Origin: Eutreptiella sp. 'Long Island Sound 2002'
Lineage: Eukaryota; Protista; Euglenida
Direction of reading: 5' to 3'
Assembly: GCA_964036045.1 (NCBI GenBank)
Contig: OZ038378.1
Location: 12,524,001-12,588,000 of the forward strand
Length of the DNA: 64,000 bases
Numbering within the stretch: the first letter of the stretch is position 1; each line of letters begins with the position of its first letter. Under the pieces are notes generated by a model, which was not told the DNA's origin, searched no databases, and worked only from the letters and a program-made list of their open reading frames with translations. Shown here piece after piece: positions 21,943 through 32,818 of the stretch. Both the position numbers and the translations under genes were made by a program.

Positions 21943-22581
21943 GACACACATAGAAAAAAATGAAAACCAACACATTTGTGCTGGTATAGTAACTCCTGAC
22001 CACCAGGCACCACGAGTACAATCAGCATTGGTATCCCGAGCACAGCCTCTACGAGACCCAGCATACTCGACACAAGCAAATCTACCTTTGATTGATCATA
22101 TGAAGACAGAGAATGTGCATGACCACATGCTGCCTCCAATACGCCACCTACAATATTACCATCCAGGTCCAATTTCTCCACCAATTGCAACATCATCGTC
22201 GTCATCACAGTCCTCGCAATTCTCTTGCTGTACTGTACAATCCACTGTGTTATGTACCGAATCACCACAATCTGTGCCTACCTCTGTTTGTATATCTTTT
22301 TTTACATCGTGTTCCCTGATCATATTAAGGTGTATATATTCATTCCGACATGCCAACTGTGTTGCAGAGCTGACCGTATCACCAACAGGCAACTTTTCCG
22401 CCCATGTATGTAAACTGTGTAGTGTACGCATGTATCTTTGCTGTGGTAATTTCTGCTTCCGATGACCTTCGGTGATTGACCTTTGTACATCATGCATCAA
22501 CCTCATGAATGCTATGTCTTCTGGATGTGATGCCAATGTCCACTCAAGCAGAAATGTGATGATCTCATTCTGTGTACACAA
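21927..22581 (-). pseudogene. Hypothetical protein probably frameshifted near 22190
   Basis: ORF 22156..22581 (ends in an acidic run) overlaps ORF 21927..22268, whose protein-like part starts at LQLVEKLDLDGNIV. Confidence 0.35.
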
Positions 22582-22583
22582 AA

Positions 22584-23093
22584 TTAAACCACTGTAACAA
22601 TCGCTAGCATGACAAAAGTGGAAAACAATTTAAGACAGGGGTTACAAACCTGCAATTTGATGGTATCATCGTTGTTGTCCTCGGTCGCAACTGTCAAATC
22701 CCACAGGACCGAGATATCGTTCATGACAATCAGCAGAGTGTTGTCATCTGTGTTTGCTTGCCTCCATGCATTGACTGTACTCGAGGAATATAGATGCGCA
22801 ACTGCCTCTGTGTGATGGACCTGCCTGTTTTTTTCTGTCACAGTTACCATACGATTGAATTTGAGATGGGTATCCGACACATATGACACGCCAATGGGGG
22901 TTGATCCATACGCCATTGCGCCGAGTACATGAAAAAGGCCGAGATTACTGTCCATATGCAACTCAGAACATTTTGCCAGCACCCTGTTCATTGCCAGTGG
23001 CTGTAGCTGTCGAAGAAGACGAAAAGGCAGCAAAGTGTGTGGGGTTTGAAGATGTTTGGGCGGTGCCGAAACCAAATTTTGGAAGGGGGCCAC
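22584..23093 (-). CDS. Hypothetical protein
   Basis: 169-aa ORF. Confidence 0.45.
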   Translation of the reverse strand: MAPFQNLVSAPPKHLQTPHTLLPFRLLRQLQPLAMNRVLAKCSELHMDSNLGLFHVLGAMAYGSTPIGVSYVSDTHLKFNRMVTVTEKNRQVHHTEAVAHLYSSSTVNAWRQANTDDNTLLIVMNDISVLWDLTVATEDNNDDTIKLQVCNPCLKLFSTFVMLAIVTVV

Positions 23094-23233
23094 TGCTGTT
23101 GCTGTTGCTGTCCATCGGTGCGGCCCCAGTCATGGCTCCGAGGGTTGGTAGCATGTCGATACCAAACCACTTATGCAAAACAGCATTGGCGACGTGCATG
23201 ATCCGGACTTAAAATTCAGCCGAATCACGGCCA

Positions 23234-23666
23234 CTACCCAGAATCACAGTAGTCCCGAGGAAACGTTGCAGGGGTTAGTTCAATTGTTGGATTGTTGGGT
23301 AGACTGCGTTTTATGAGAACAAGAGACCCATGTGTCATTTTCAGTGCTTTGGAGAAGGCATGCAGTTCACTTGGTGTCCAAGGCACACCGCGTGCTTTCA
23401 CATAAGTATGCAGTGTATGATGTTTTTTGTGTGACTCAAAACACATGCGAATAGTCTTGTATTCGCATTCCTGGCAACTTTGTCCAGATAATACCACCTG
23501 GTCGAAAATCAGTGTGCGGGCAGTTATCCACTTGGAAATCATATTCTTGGCCAAAGTGCTGTATCAAATTACTGATCGTCTCTGCTAGAAAAATATGATT
23601 GTCTCTGGGCATATCCGCACTGCAGTACATTCGGAAACCCTTGCGTGAATATACTGACATCTGCAT
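23234..23666 (-). pseudogene. Possible frameshifted hypothetical gene
   Basis: Overlapping same-strand ORFs 23436..23666 and 23234..23554. Confidence 0.3.
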
Positions 23667-23751
23667 CTTGGCGGAACGTGTGTGCGCAATGTGTTATATT
23701 GACGTATCACTACTGTTATTGCCTCGCTCCAGAAAACAGCTTGCATGTACA

Positions 23752-25186
23752 TCATTCTGGGCTGCCTTTTTTGTTGTATATCATTTCCTGTGTGAAATCA
23801 AGTAATCCGGCATCCAGGCTGGCGGGCCAAGGCTCGCTCTCAGGCTCGGTCACGGGTGCGTATGTTGTAAGCATGACCTCGGGTGGGTTCAGCCACTCGT
23901 CGACCCCAAGCACAGAGTCCTCGAAGTAGCCATGTAAGCCTAGCTTCTGCAGCAGGTCGGCAAAAACACCATTGTCACCATGGCTCCTGGTTACAAAGCT
24001 GGGGGTATATTCGGGGAACCACTTTATCGCGTCGCTTTCAGCCTCCTTGAAGCCGTACTCCGGTGTGAGGTGCACCAGCTTCGCGTCCTGCCGCAGACTA
24101 TAGCTATACAGCACCAGATATTCCCTTATCATTTCGCTCGCGCAGCGACAATCCTCCATCGCTTTCCAGATGATCACGCTATCCAGGGTTTCCGGGCTCA
24201 CGAGAAACCAGGACTTCTCTTTGTTTACCGTGATGAAAGAGTCCTTTCTTTTCGACCCTCCACAGCCGGGTACCCTTCCTAAGAATAAGGGTCGGCCACA
24301 CACTGCCTGGGATGAATCTGTCTGGTTCGCGTAGCGTTTTGTAATCCCCACTCCACGCCAGGTCCGGCTTTTCTAGGTCTCCGTCTCGTATCGAAGCCAT
24401 TTCACCTCGACCTTTCATATGTTGTGCGGATCCCAAACACTGTTTGATTGTGAGCTGGTCTGGATCACTGTAGTTGCACAACCGTTCCTTAGGCACAAAA
24501 TGAAATTCAACCAGGTTACCGATGACACTATGGTAAAACCGCTGGTAATCCGACCAGGCGTCTTCGTGCGTGTTGTACCTAAACATGGACGACGCAAAGG
24601 TGTTACACAAGATTGCATGTAACATGGATGGTAGGCATTCGCCACCCTCGCACCCTTCGTAGCCCCCATCGTCATTCATAATTGGCTTGACCGGTAATCC
24701 CCGTTCGTCCGGGTAATCATTGTACCCAACCTCGCGCAATTCGTTCTGGAGCTGAATGAAAAATGGGGAATGTAGGTTAACCTTGTATGTATACACCCCC
24801 TCGATGCTGATCACGGCACACGTGTCATAGATTTCCCTGGCCGCGGCTAATAGTACATAGAAGATATCCGGACCAGACGGCGGACGGAAAAAAGTGTCCT
24901 CTTCGGGTGGCTCGAGACAGCTCGTTGGTGGGTGCAAGTGCCAGGCTAGCAGACACTCATCGGTCTCGGGGGGGACAGGTCTAGTCACAGCACCCTCGAT
25001 TTCATCCTGGGTGGGTATATGTTTGAGTATGATTCGGTTTTTATTGTCTATCACCCCTGATATTTCGAATGTATGTGTTCCGAAATTGTGTGCAAGTCGC
25101 CTCCAGAACGTCCAAATGCTTAACAGATCTTCAGATTTGAAACCAATTTTTGACTCCAATGTCATACGATAATGCTCGGCATCCAT
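23752..25186 (-). CDS. JAB/MPN+ metalloprotease-domain protein with a frameshifted C-terminal (possibly ART-like) domain
   Basis: FEISGVI...WHLHP...PPSGPDI (JAMM E/HxH/SxxD) and VISIEGVY; ORF 24179..25186 overlaps ORF 23752..24351 in the +1 frame. Confidence 0.6.
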
Positions 25187-25187
25187 G

Positions 25188-25517
25188 TCAATGTACTACT
25201 TGTTTTGTGTGTTTTTTATGGCTGCCTTTTTTCTGAACTCTTTTTGAGAAAAGGCCGTCATTGACTGTGTTCGGTCCAGTTCCGGGCATTTCCAGGTGAT
25301 TGTTTCGTCTGGCTTGGCAGCATCTGGCATTCAGGATAATACCCATCTGCCCTTGCAGACTTGCACGGCACAACACTCTATCACCACCGGTTTCCGCGTT
25401 TCTATCAACTACGGGTGCGTTTGGGACGTTGTATATCATATCCTGTGTGAAATCAAGGATCCAGGGTATTCGGCCCTCACGGCAGAGTCACGAATGCGTA
25501 TGTTGTAAGCGTGACCT
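25188..25517 (-). pseudogene. Degenerate paralogous remnant of the 3' end of ORF 23752..24351
   Basis: QVTLTTYAFVTLP* and LDFTQDMIYN versus EVMLTTYAPVTEP and LDFTQEMIYN. Confidence 0.6.
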
Positions 25518-25556
25518 GACGTCTCCCGCTGTATATATAATGTCCTGATTGGTGAG

Positions 25557-26702
25557 TCATGAATGGTGCCCCGAATTTTCACAGCGTTTTTTCTCTGATT
25601 GGTGGATCAGCAGTTCTGGCAAATGCTGTGCAATATCGCAGACCGGAATATACACCCTATCATAAGATCCATACAGATCGAAAATAGCAATGCGTGCCGC
25701 AACACGATTGTGCTCGGCTGCGCGCTGCTCAACTACAAGCTTCACATCATCTATTGACTTATCCAACAATGCCAGAAGGTCGGTGTAGTAGGAGACTTTT
25801 TTTTGATGAATTTTATCCCCTGTGTCACTTCTTCCTATTGCCTCCTTCTCCTTGTGAATCCTGGCACGTAGTCGTAGTATTTCAAGCCCATGTTCATTCG
25901 GTGAGCGATCCGGACGCGTCATAATGTGCAGAATGTACTGTGCATCTATCAAGCATGTCTGCAGGTCCAACGCACTCTTCCTGTATGTGCCTTCCACTGT
26001 TGAAATCGCATTGCTGAGTATTTTTGCAGCTGATTGAAACAACATCCGGATGTTGTATATTGAGTATTTACCAAGGCCATTACCATTGTTCAGGCGATTA
26101 TGGAAGTCAATGAGTGCGAATTCTTCCTCTACCAGCGTGTTCAACAGGTGCCACAAACGAAACGCGGTTGACATAGCATGTCCCAGGTCCAGGTAGAGGG
26201 TTGACATCAGCAAACGGGTAATGTAAACGTATCCTGTTGTAAACGTTTCCTCTGTGTTTGACAGTATGGACATGCCAGACATACAAGCGGCCTGCCTCAG
26301 GAGTATGGCTATATGCAGACCGCCATCGGCACTGAGGATCGGTTCTTCTAATCCGAGGGATTTGGTATTTAAAACATTCTCAGTGTGGCACATCTCGTGC
26401 AACCGTTTCAATTTGCGCCAAACAATATACAAAGGCACTGACGACGGGGCTGTATTCTTCTGCTTCGCCAGCAGGGAACGGAACTCATGTAACAGCAGGT
26501 CGCTGGTCACATGTTTGTGTAGTAGTGTCGTGACGTCTTTGATATGCACTTGATCGCCATGTGGCCATAAAAGCATACCAAGTACCACAACGTAGTCGTC
26601 CACATCCTGCTCTCGCACCAAAGAATTATCGAAAAAATTCAAAATATCCATGCTTCTAATTGCAGGGCGGAAATGTTGCCAAACCAGACGGTAGGGCATC
26701 AA
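25557..26702 (-). CDS. Hypothetical helical protein with C-terminal coiled coil
   Basis: 381-aa ORF. Confidence 0.65.
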   Translation of the reverse strand: MMPYRLVWQHFRPAIRSMDILNFFDNSLVREQDVDDYVVVLGMLLWPHGDQVHIKDVTTLLHKHVTSDLLLHEFRSLLAKQKNTAPSSVPLYIVWRKLKRLHEMCHTENVLNTKSLGLEEPILSADGGLHIAILLRQAACMSGMSILSNTEETFTTGYVYITRLLMSTLYLDLGHAMSTAFRLWHLLNTLVEEEFALIDFHNRLNNGNGLGKYSIYNIRMLFQSAAKILSNAISTVEGTYRKSALDLQTCLIDAQYILHIMTRPDRSPNEHGLEILRLRARIHKEKEAIGRSDTGDKIHQKKVSYYTDLLALLDKSIDDVKLVVEQRAAEHNRVAARIAIFDLYGSYDRVYIPVCDIAQHLPELLIHQSEKKRCENSGHHS

Positions 26703-26748
26703 CTTGTGGACGCAGATCTGACAACATGTGCGACCAGATGTGTCATAC

Positions 26749-27225
26749 TCAGTAAGGCATCCCCATCTCTACCATGAAATCATGCACAGGACTTTCACTG
26801 CTGTTATTGCGACTTGCAGTGTATTTTAATTGATATCTCTGTGCAATTTCGTGCATCTGTTGGCCTATACGATAAATTGCAACAACTGGTCCTGCTATCT
26901 TCACCACAAGTTTACGACTAAATGATGTGATACCAACAAGAATTTCATGTTCTGTCAGCATGTCAATATCACAGATTGTGTTATCTGCAAGAACCCCCCT
27001 GTTAGGTAGCATGCACGACATGGCGTAGTCCCACCGCAGTTCATATGTAATCTCCTTATCATCAGCAAAGTTGACGAATGAGATGTATGGTCTGTACTCA
27101 TCACCTGCACTCAGTCGGTGTGAGACAAGATTATCCTGAACGCAGCAAATAACATTTGTGACGAATTCCATGAGAATTTCGGATCGATGCAGCTTGACCC
27201 GCTTTCTGACGGACATGGCACCCAC
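26749..27225 (-). CDS. Hypothetical protein
   Basis: 158-aa ORF. Confidence 0.55.
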   Translation of the reverse strand: MGAMSVRKRVKLHRSEILMEFVTNVICCVQDNLVSHRLSAGDEYRPYISFVNFADDKEITYELRWDYAMSCMLPNRGVLADNTICDIDMLTEHEILVGITSFSRKLVVKIAGPVVAIYRIGQQMHEIAQRYQLKYTASRNNSSESPVHDFMVEMGMPY

Positions 27226-27318
27226 CTACCCACACAAAACAATATGATGCTGTTCAACCATCAATGAGACAAAGAAAATACCGAGCATCTATATAACTTT
27301 CAGATCAAAAATATATGG

Positions 27319-27945
27319 GTGTCACTCAGCACCTGTTGGTCAGGTCCATTGGACGCGGATCGTCAGCAGCAGGTCACATCCAGTGTACCAAAACTTACCC
27401 GCCAGACAGTACTGGGGATGCTGCAACACATGAGTACCACACGAAGGGCTCGCTGCTTGTTGTTGATTCTGTACACCACTACGTTGCGCCGTCGAGCGGT
27501 GGCCAATCTGAGACTACGAGATGTATGGGATAGCTCTTCCGATTCCTGCAAAACTCAATGGGCAGCCCTCGAAAAGTTTAGTGAAACCCGCACTGTGTGG
27601 CCCTGCAAAGATCTGCGGCAGAGCATTGAGGATTTCGTGCGAAAAGATTACGACCATTCTTGCGAATATCTTTTTGGCGATTCGCGACGGCCTGCACAGA
27701 GACCAAATAACAGGGTCCGCTACATTTTACAACGCGTCTGTCAACTACAAGGTTTACCAAAATTTCATGCCCATCAATTTCGGTCCCTGATGGTCGACAT
27801 TTTCATTGAACAGGGAAATTCCATGGAAAAGGCCTGCAAGTTTCTGGGTCATAAAAATGTTTCCACAACATACAGACACTATTACACTCCGAATGTTGAT
27901 GAGCTGGCACAAAATATCCAATTTCTCGAGGCTTGTGGAAAATGA
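27319..27945 (+). CDS. Tyrosine recombinase 3 (catalytic domain only, subfamily B-like)
   Basis: TTLRRRAVANLRLRDVWD, EKFSE, HAHQFR, FLGH, YRHYY. Confidence 0.88.
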   Translation: MSLSTCWSGPLDADRQQQVTSSVPKLTRQTVLGMLQHMSTTRRARCLLLILYTTTLRRRAVANLRLRDVWDSSSDSCKTQWAALEKFSETRTVWPCKDLRQSIEDFVRKDYDHSCEYLFGDSRRPAQRPNNRVRYILQRVCQLQGLPKFHAHQFRSLMVDIFIEQGNSMEKACKFLGHKNVSTTYRHYYTPNVDELAQNIQFLEACGK

Positions 27946-28090
27946 GAAGCGTCTGCGTATTGAGGCAGAGGCCCGTGTGAAAGTGCTAGAAGCGCGGCTA
28001 GCGGCTTTGAGAGTCGAAACTGTGGAGTGTGTCGGTGTCACGCAGCATACTTCCACGTCCTCGCTTCCCGACATGGACGAGCTTTTCTGA
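27806..28090 (+). pseudogene. Coiled-coil tail in the +1 frame, probably the original C-terminus of recombinase 3
   Basis: LVENEKRLRIEAEARVKVLEARLAALRVE overlaps the recombinase stop; recombinases 1, 4 and 6 have comparable tails in frame. Confidence 0.45.
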
Positions 28091-28192
28091 GGGAATGTAG
28101 CCGCCTACCAGTAACCCCCCCCCTCTGCTGCAGACTTATCATAGACATCATGACACAATGTCCTCAAAGTTGGCTTCGGGGGGGGACCGCTG

Positions 28193-28438
28193 ATGAGCAC
28201 CCGTGGTGGTCTCGACATGAGCATCCTCATGAAAGAAGCAGCGGATATGTCAGGCCTTTCCACTTTCGCCAGCAATGCTGTTCCATCCGAGCTGTTGTTG
28301 CCTCTATGTCAATTTTTTTCTGTAGGAATTCTAAAAGTACAAGGGAGACTAGAGGAAGCCGCATTGTGGCATTGCATTCAAATCAGGGATAAAACAATTG
28401 CAAGTTTTCTATTCGTTGGTCTCTGGATGAATAAGTAG
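28193..28438 (+). CDS. Small hypothetical protein with a paralogous motif at 39996..40046 (-)
   Basis: STRGGLDMSILMKEAADMSG versus STDGGVDIAMLMTRAADMSG. Confidence 0.45.
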   Translation: MSTRGGLDMSILMKEAADMSGLSTFASNAVPSELLLPLCQFFSVGILKVQGRLEEAALWHCIQIRDKTIASFLFVGLWMNK

Positions 28439-28457
28439 TAAAAAACAACAAAGAGAC

Positions 28458-28817
28458 ATGTTTTCGACAAATCTACAGAAGCGACTGGCAATGTTCTTGG
28501 TGTTCTGCGTTCCGATACGGCTTGTGTGGGCTGAGCTTGCCCGACGTGACCCCAGGTGGGCTAGGGTCGCCTTGGTGCCGGCTTTGGGTCTGTTGCTGTT
28601 GTACATTACAGGTGTTCGTCAAAGTGGGCCGGAGACACTGGGCGAACCTATACACTGGAACTACGCACGTCCCTACCATGCCGCCCTGCTTATAATGGCA
28701 ACTGGTCTGTCATTGGTAGACTCGTCGTACGCCGGCATTGCATTGTACATGGATGCTGCATTGGCCGCTGTAGTTGTACTTACCTACCATTATGGTGCCC
28801 ATTCCTGTATTTCTTGA
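28458..28817 (+). CDS. Giant-virus-type small membrane protein
   Basis: TM segments around RQSGPETLGEPIHWNYARPYHA, a motif recalled from NCLDV hypothetical proteins. Confidence 0.65.
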   Translation: MFSTNLQKRLAMFLVFCVPIRLVWAELARRDPRWARVALVPALGLLLLYITGVRQSGPETLGEPIHWNYARPYHAALLIMATGLSLVDSSYAGIALYMDAALAAVVVLTYHYGAHSCIS

Positions 28818-28849
28818 GTCAGCTCAGATCAATATGGACATCTAAGGCA

Positions 28850-29389
28850 TCATTTCGGAACCGTTTGGAGTGGATCCTGACGTTGTGGTGTCCCGTGGAT
28901 TGGACTCGTTTGAAAGAAAAAATGACGAACCACAAGGGTCATGCCAACAAGAATCAAAACTGAACCCAATGCGATAAATAATGATGATAATATCAACATG
29001 GGTTGCTTTTTGCCTATACGCAGAGATTCGGCAGGGTCTTCAGGGTCATATGTTAGTTGGGTGGGCTGTAAAATGCTGCCAGGCGGCTCTGTGCGCCCCT
29101 GCCGCAGTCTGAGTGTTTTCGAATGGTGATGACCGTAAGGGTCCTTGAACTGTATGGTGTATTCGCATCGTTGTTTGCGTGTACTACGCGTGCTCACACG
29201 CTCACAGTTTTTGTTTGTTCTGGTATACATTGTACTTGTTGTTTCAACACGCCTCAGTGTGGCCGTCAGCTGCCAAATACCGAAACATACTTTACAGACC
29301 CCAACCAAAAGTAAAGTAAGGTAAAAAGAAACATTTACATTGTTGAACATTGTTGGTTTTTTTTGTATTGATTTAGAAAAAAAATGCAT
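28850..29389 (-). CDS. Membrane protein, DUF3592-like layout (TM - beta domain - TM)
   Basis: YTIQFKDPYG...LTYDPEDP between two hydrophobic helices. Confidence 0.55.
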   Translation of the reverse strand: MHFFSKSIQKKPTMFNNVNVSFYLTLLLVGVCKVCFGIWQLTATLRRVETTSTMYTRTNKNCERVSTRSTRKQRCEYTIQFKDPYGHHHSKTLRLRQGRTEPPGSILQPTQLTYDPEDPAESLRIGKKQPMLILSSLFIALGSVLILVGMTLVVRHFFFQTSPIHGTPQRQDPLQTVPK

Positions 29390-29558
29390 CAGACATTTTC
29401 TGTTAAAAACTGTTGTGTCCTACTGGCACATTCTATTCAGAACTGAATGGGCCTTCGGAGAATTCATTGGATCCGTAGGTGGAAAAACTAACAGGAAAAG
29501 GTCTGAAAAATTCGAGTCTCCCCGTATGGACTGTAAGCAGGTGCCTGTAATGCTACCA

Positions 29559-30617
29559 TCATCGCAACAGAAATGTAAAGCAACACAGCACAAGCACAAT
29601 AATCAAGAAAATGCATAGATCTGCCCGGTGCCGCCAGAAGGAGGACGTCTGCAACAACTCCAAAATTGGTGCATTGGGTGGGTATATGTATTTGCAGTGT
29701 GCAATGAAGAAGCGATGGTAACCGTTAAATTTTACTGCTCCGCAGTGTCGTAAGACATCTTTAACCTCAGTTGCATGGCACGGGAGGGTCAACAACGTCA
29801 TCAATCGGGGAATGCTCCATTTGCAATGGGCTTGCAATCGATAGGCAGTGTCCTCTGCACAAAAGAGACACCTTGCAGAATGGGGTAGAACACGTGGACA
29901 TTTCTGTAACACTTTTGGAATGGCTACGTGTATCCACAGGTACACTGGAATATCAATGTTCTGCAAATCAACGCCATCAGATCGCACATACTTTAACCAA
30001 ATTTGCAAGCTGCCCGTGGGATGCCTTTTGCGATAGATGTTTGCAGTCTTGAACTCATGTAGGACATATTTCATAAATTCCGTTTGAGGGCGCGCTACCA
30101 TGATCCAGCTTTCAATCACAGGGTACTCCGCATTTGATGTAAACCTTTTCAAATAGAAGCCCCAAAAGCACAATCGGGTATCTGTCAATGGAAACCACTG
30201 ATCAATAGGCTGTAGTACTATACAGGACGCGTCCATCCAGACCCCGCCATGTGCAAATAGCAGGGCAACCCTGACAACATCCGAAAAGGCCTGATGCGAC
30301 ATATTTTCAGCTGTACACTCCTCCAGGACTTGTTCATCGATGTAAAAGCTTGCAGTTGCCCTGGTGACTACCGTAATGTCCCATCCCGGGGACCTGCTGC
30401 ACCATGTGTCTATACACCTCTGCACGATCCAGGGCAGGGGTTCACTGTGCCAGAAGGACCATATCTTTCGAGGTACGCACTGTACCATCACCAGTATCAG
30501 TATCAAACAACGGGGGATCGTTTTCAAATATACATGTGAAATTTTGCGGTAAACTTGCTTTCGTTTTGTAGCTTGTATTTGCATCATCCATCTGTCGATT
30601 CCGTTTGAAAAGGCCAC
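29559..30617 (-). CDS. DxD-motif glycosyltransferase (GT32/Caps_synth-like) with C-terminal membrane anchor
   Basis: KIWSFW...RCIDTW, FSDVVRVALLFAHGGVWMDAS. Confidence 0.85.
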   Translation of the reverse strand: MAFSNGIDRWMMQIQATKRKQVYRKISHVYLKTIPRCLILILVMVQCVPRKIWSFWHSEPLPWIVQRCIDTWCSRSPGWDITVVTRATASFYIDEQVLEECTAENMSHQAFSDVVRVALLFAHGGVWMDASCIVLQPIDQWFPLTDTRLCFWGFYLKRFTSNAEYPVIESWIMVARPQTEFMKYVLHEFKTANIYRKRHPTGSLQIWLKYVRSDGVDLQNIDIPVYLWIHVAIPKVLQKCPRVLPHSARCLFCAEDTAYRLQAHCKWSIPRLMTLLTLPCHATEVKDVLRHCGAVKFNGYHRFFIAHCKYIYPPNAPILELLQTSSFWRHRADLCIFLIIVLVLCCFTFLLR

Positions 30618-30899
30618 ATGTCAGTCGCCTTGGCACACATTTGCAACTGTCACCCTGTGATTGGAGGCGTTGCTTCGCAATCTCCCTTTTCATCCTAGCT
30701 CGTTCCAAACGCACATCTGGAGGATCACAGGCACCACCATTGTGCACTCTAAGCGGGGTTGAAAAACGATCGTTGTTGCACACCGCAGTCGTAGTCATAT
30801 TCTATGATACAGGGGACAAATGGACAACGCAATTCATATATCATATTCAAATCAGAAAATTTTGAATTTTTTAAAACTTACACATACAAACACACATAT

Positions 30900-32807
30900 T
30901 TACGGAGTCACAACCGATTCACAACCATCGCTCTCATCATCTGCATCGCTACTGTCTGAAACACTAATGCCATGGTCACGCATTTTTTGTCTGTAAAAAA
31001 TCAACTTATCAACAACTGACTTGTATTTGTTGCATAACAGCTCTGTAGTGCCACTTTCGGTTGACTGTGCAATTTCTGATCCTGTTTCATCGTGGGTTGC
31101 TCCCTCCAATACCATATCAATATCAAGACATTCGTCAACCCAGCAGTACCTTTCGGTGACACACCCAGAACTGTGACCGAGCCACTTGGAAACAACGTCA
31201 AGGCTCACCCCCCTCGCCATTGCTTTGCACACGATCCAATGTCGAAACAAATGTGGGTGAAAACGGCGTGTGCCATTGAATGCACGCTTGCACAATGTTT
31301 TCATGAAATTACCAACCAATCCCCTACACCTATCCATCGGCCGCTGAGGGTGTGCAAAAAGGTAATTATCAGCATACAGAAACGCACATGGTATCTGGGC
31401 AATGTAATTGCTCATTATTTTCACCACAGAGGGTGTCACCCTCACCCGTCGCACTTTAGCATTTTTTTCAACAAATGTGAAGATCTCACGAACCCGCATG
31501 GCCACGGTGTCATAGACACCATCGACACGTGTAGTTTCCAGAGCTTCCGCCCTCAGTCCATATGCACGTAGTAGTGCAAACAACGCAACTTCCCTTGCAT
31601 CACGACACACTGAAGCCATTTGATCGACATCACTGGTTTGCAAATATGTTTTTGATACAGTTTGTGTCAGGGGCTTGAGCCTGTAGCTGCGGGGATCCTC
31701 CATTGTAAACTGGCGTATTTTATCGTGTACGAGTCTTTTTGTTATTCGATATGACGCATCCAGTACAGGTGCGAACACGCCAGTGTCAATGAACCGCTGA
31801 AATTCCCTGATCGCGCGATCAAATGGTGAATAATGTGGCTGTATGGGGTGTGATGTTTTCATTGTTATGTGCATATTCTGAACTGCCACTGTCTTGCCTA
31901 TCAATTGCACCAGATCCTCACTACAGTTGACTTTTTCACAGATGGTCGATGTCAACTGTTCACCAGGAGAGGCCCGCATGATCCAGCCCAACACCTCTGT
32001 CAATCGTCGCACTTGTGCTCGCTTGAAACGATCCTCCCTCGCCGGTTTGCTTATCAGACCCTCCACACAACAGCACCGCTCAGCAATTTGCAGAACAAGC
32101 ACATAATCACCCTCATGACATTTTTTCAGCAGAAAGCGACCAAGACTGACAGGAAAATCCCAGAGTACCTGATATTGACACATTAAACCCAATGGGAGGT
32201 ACCGAAGATGACTACTGTATCTACCCTGCGGATCCACACTCGGATGCAACTTAGCTGTATGCAAATACGATGTCAAACAACGCCGTATCGTTGAATTCCA
32301 CTTTTGGGTGGAACAAGTGTCGGCTACGAGCGCTTCCAGACCATGCCGATCGAGATCGGCCAGCTTGTCAATTGTGTCGATTGTGTTCAACTCAAGAAAT
32401 TGAGATATACGAGCGACCAACCATTTCCAACACTTTTTCGACACACAGCAGCGGAGCACCAATGCCAGAACGCCAGAATTGCAAGCGGGAGTGTCCAATA
32501 TTCTCTTTGAAGTTGCACCAAACGTTCGGAAATACACCCGTTTTCGTATACGTTGTTTTTCTATGGAAGAAACCGCCAGTCCAAGTGCGCTTGTCAGCAC
32601 GGGGACCAACATTTTGCATCGACTCATTTCGCGTGGGATATTCGGATTCATCAAGAAGGATTCCCACATTACTAGCAGGCTACATTTCGTAATCGAACGG
32701 AGATGCTCCACGCACTCAATGCCGTTGCACTGCAAAAAAAAGCTCAGTGCCTTGGCTGTTATTGGGCCAACTTTGTTGTCACGGACAATGTAATCAATGA
32801 TGGCCAT
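30900..32807 (-). CDS. Tyrosine recombinase 4 (subfamily B)
   Basis: YGLRAEA, VYD, EKNAK, HPHLFRH, WLGH, TERY. Confidence 0.92.
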   Translation of the reverse strand: MAIIDYIVRDNKVGPITAKALSFFLQCNGIECVEHLRSITKCSLLVMWESFLMNPNIPREMSRCKMLVPVLTSALGLAVSSIEKQRIRKRVYFRTFGATSKRILDTPACNSGVLALVLRCCVSKKCWKWLVARISQFLELNTIDTIDKLADLDRHGLEALVADTCSTQKWNSTIRRCLTSYLHTAKLHPSVDPQGRYSSHLRYLPLGLMCQYQVLWDFPVSLGRFLLKKCHEGDYVLVLQIAERCCCVEGLISKPAREDRFKRAQVRRLTEVLGWIMRASPGEQLTSTICEKVNCSEDLVQLIGKTVAVQNMHITMKTSHPIQPHYSPFDRAIREFQRFIDTGVFAPVLDASYRITKRLVHDKIRQFTMEDPRSYRLKPLTQTVSKTYLQTSDVDQMASVCRDAREVALFALLRAYGLRAEALETTRVDGVYDTVAMRVREIFTFVEKNAKVRRVRVTPSVVKIMSNYIAQIPCAFLYADNYLFAHPQRPMDRCRGLVGNFMKTLCKRAFNGTRRFHPHLFRHWIVCKAMARGVSLDVVSKWLGHSSGCVTERYCWVDECLDIDMVLEGATHDETGSEIAQSTESGTTELLCNKYKSVVDKLIFYRQKMRDHGISVSDSSDADDESDGCESVVTP

Positions 32808-32818
32808 TTAGGGTCATA

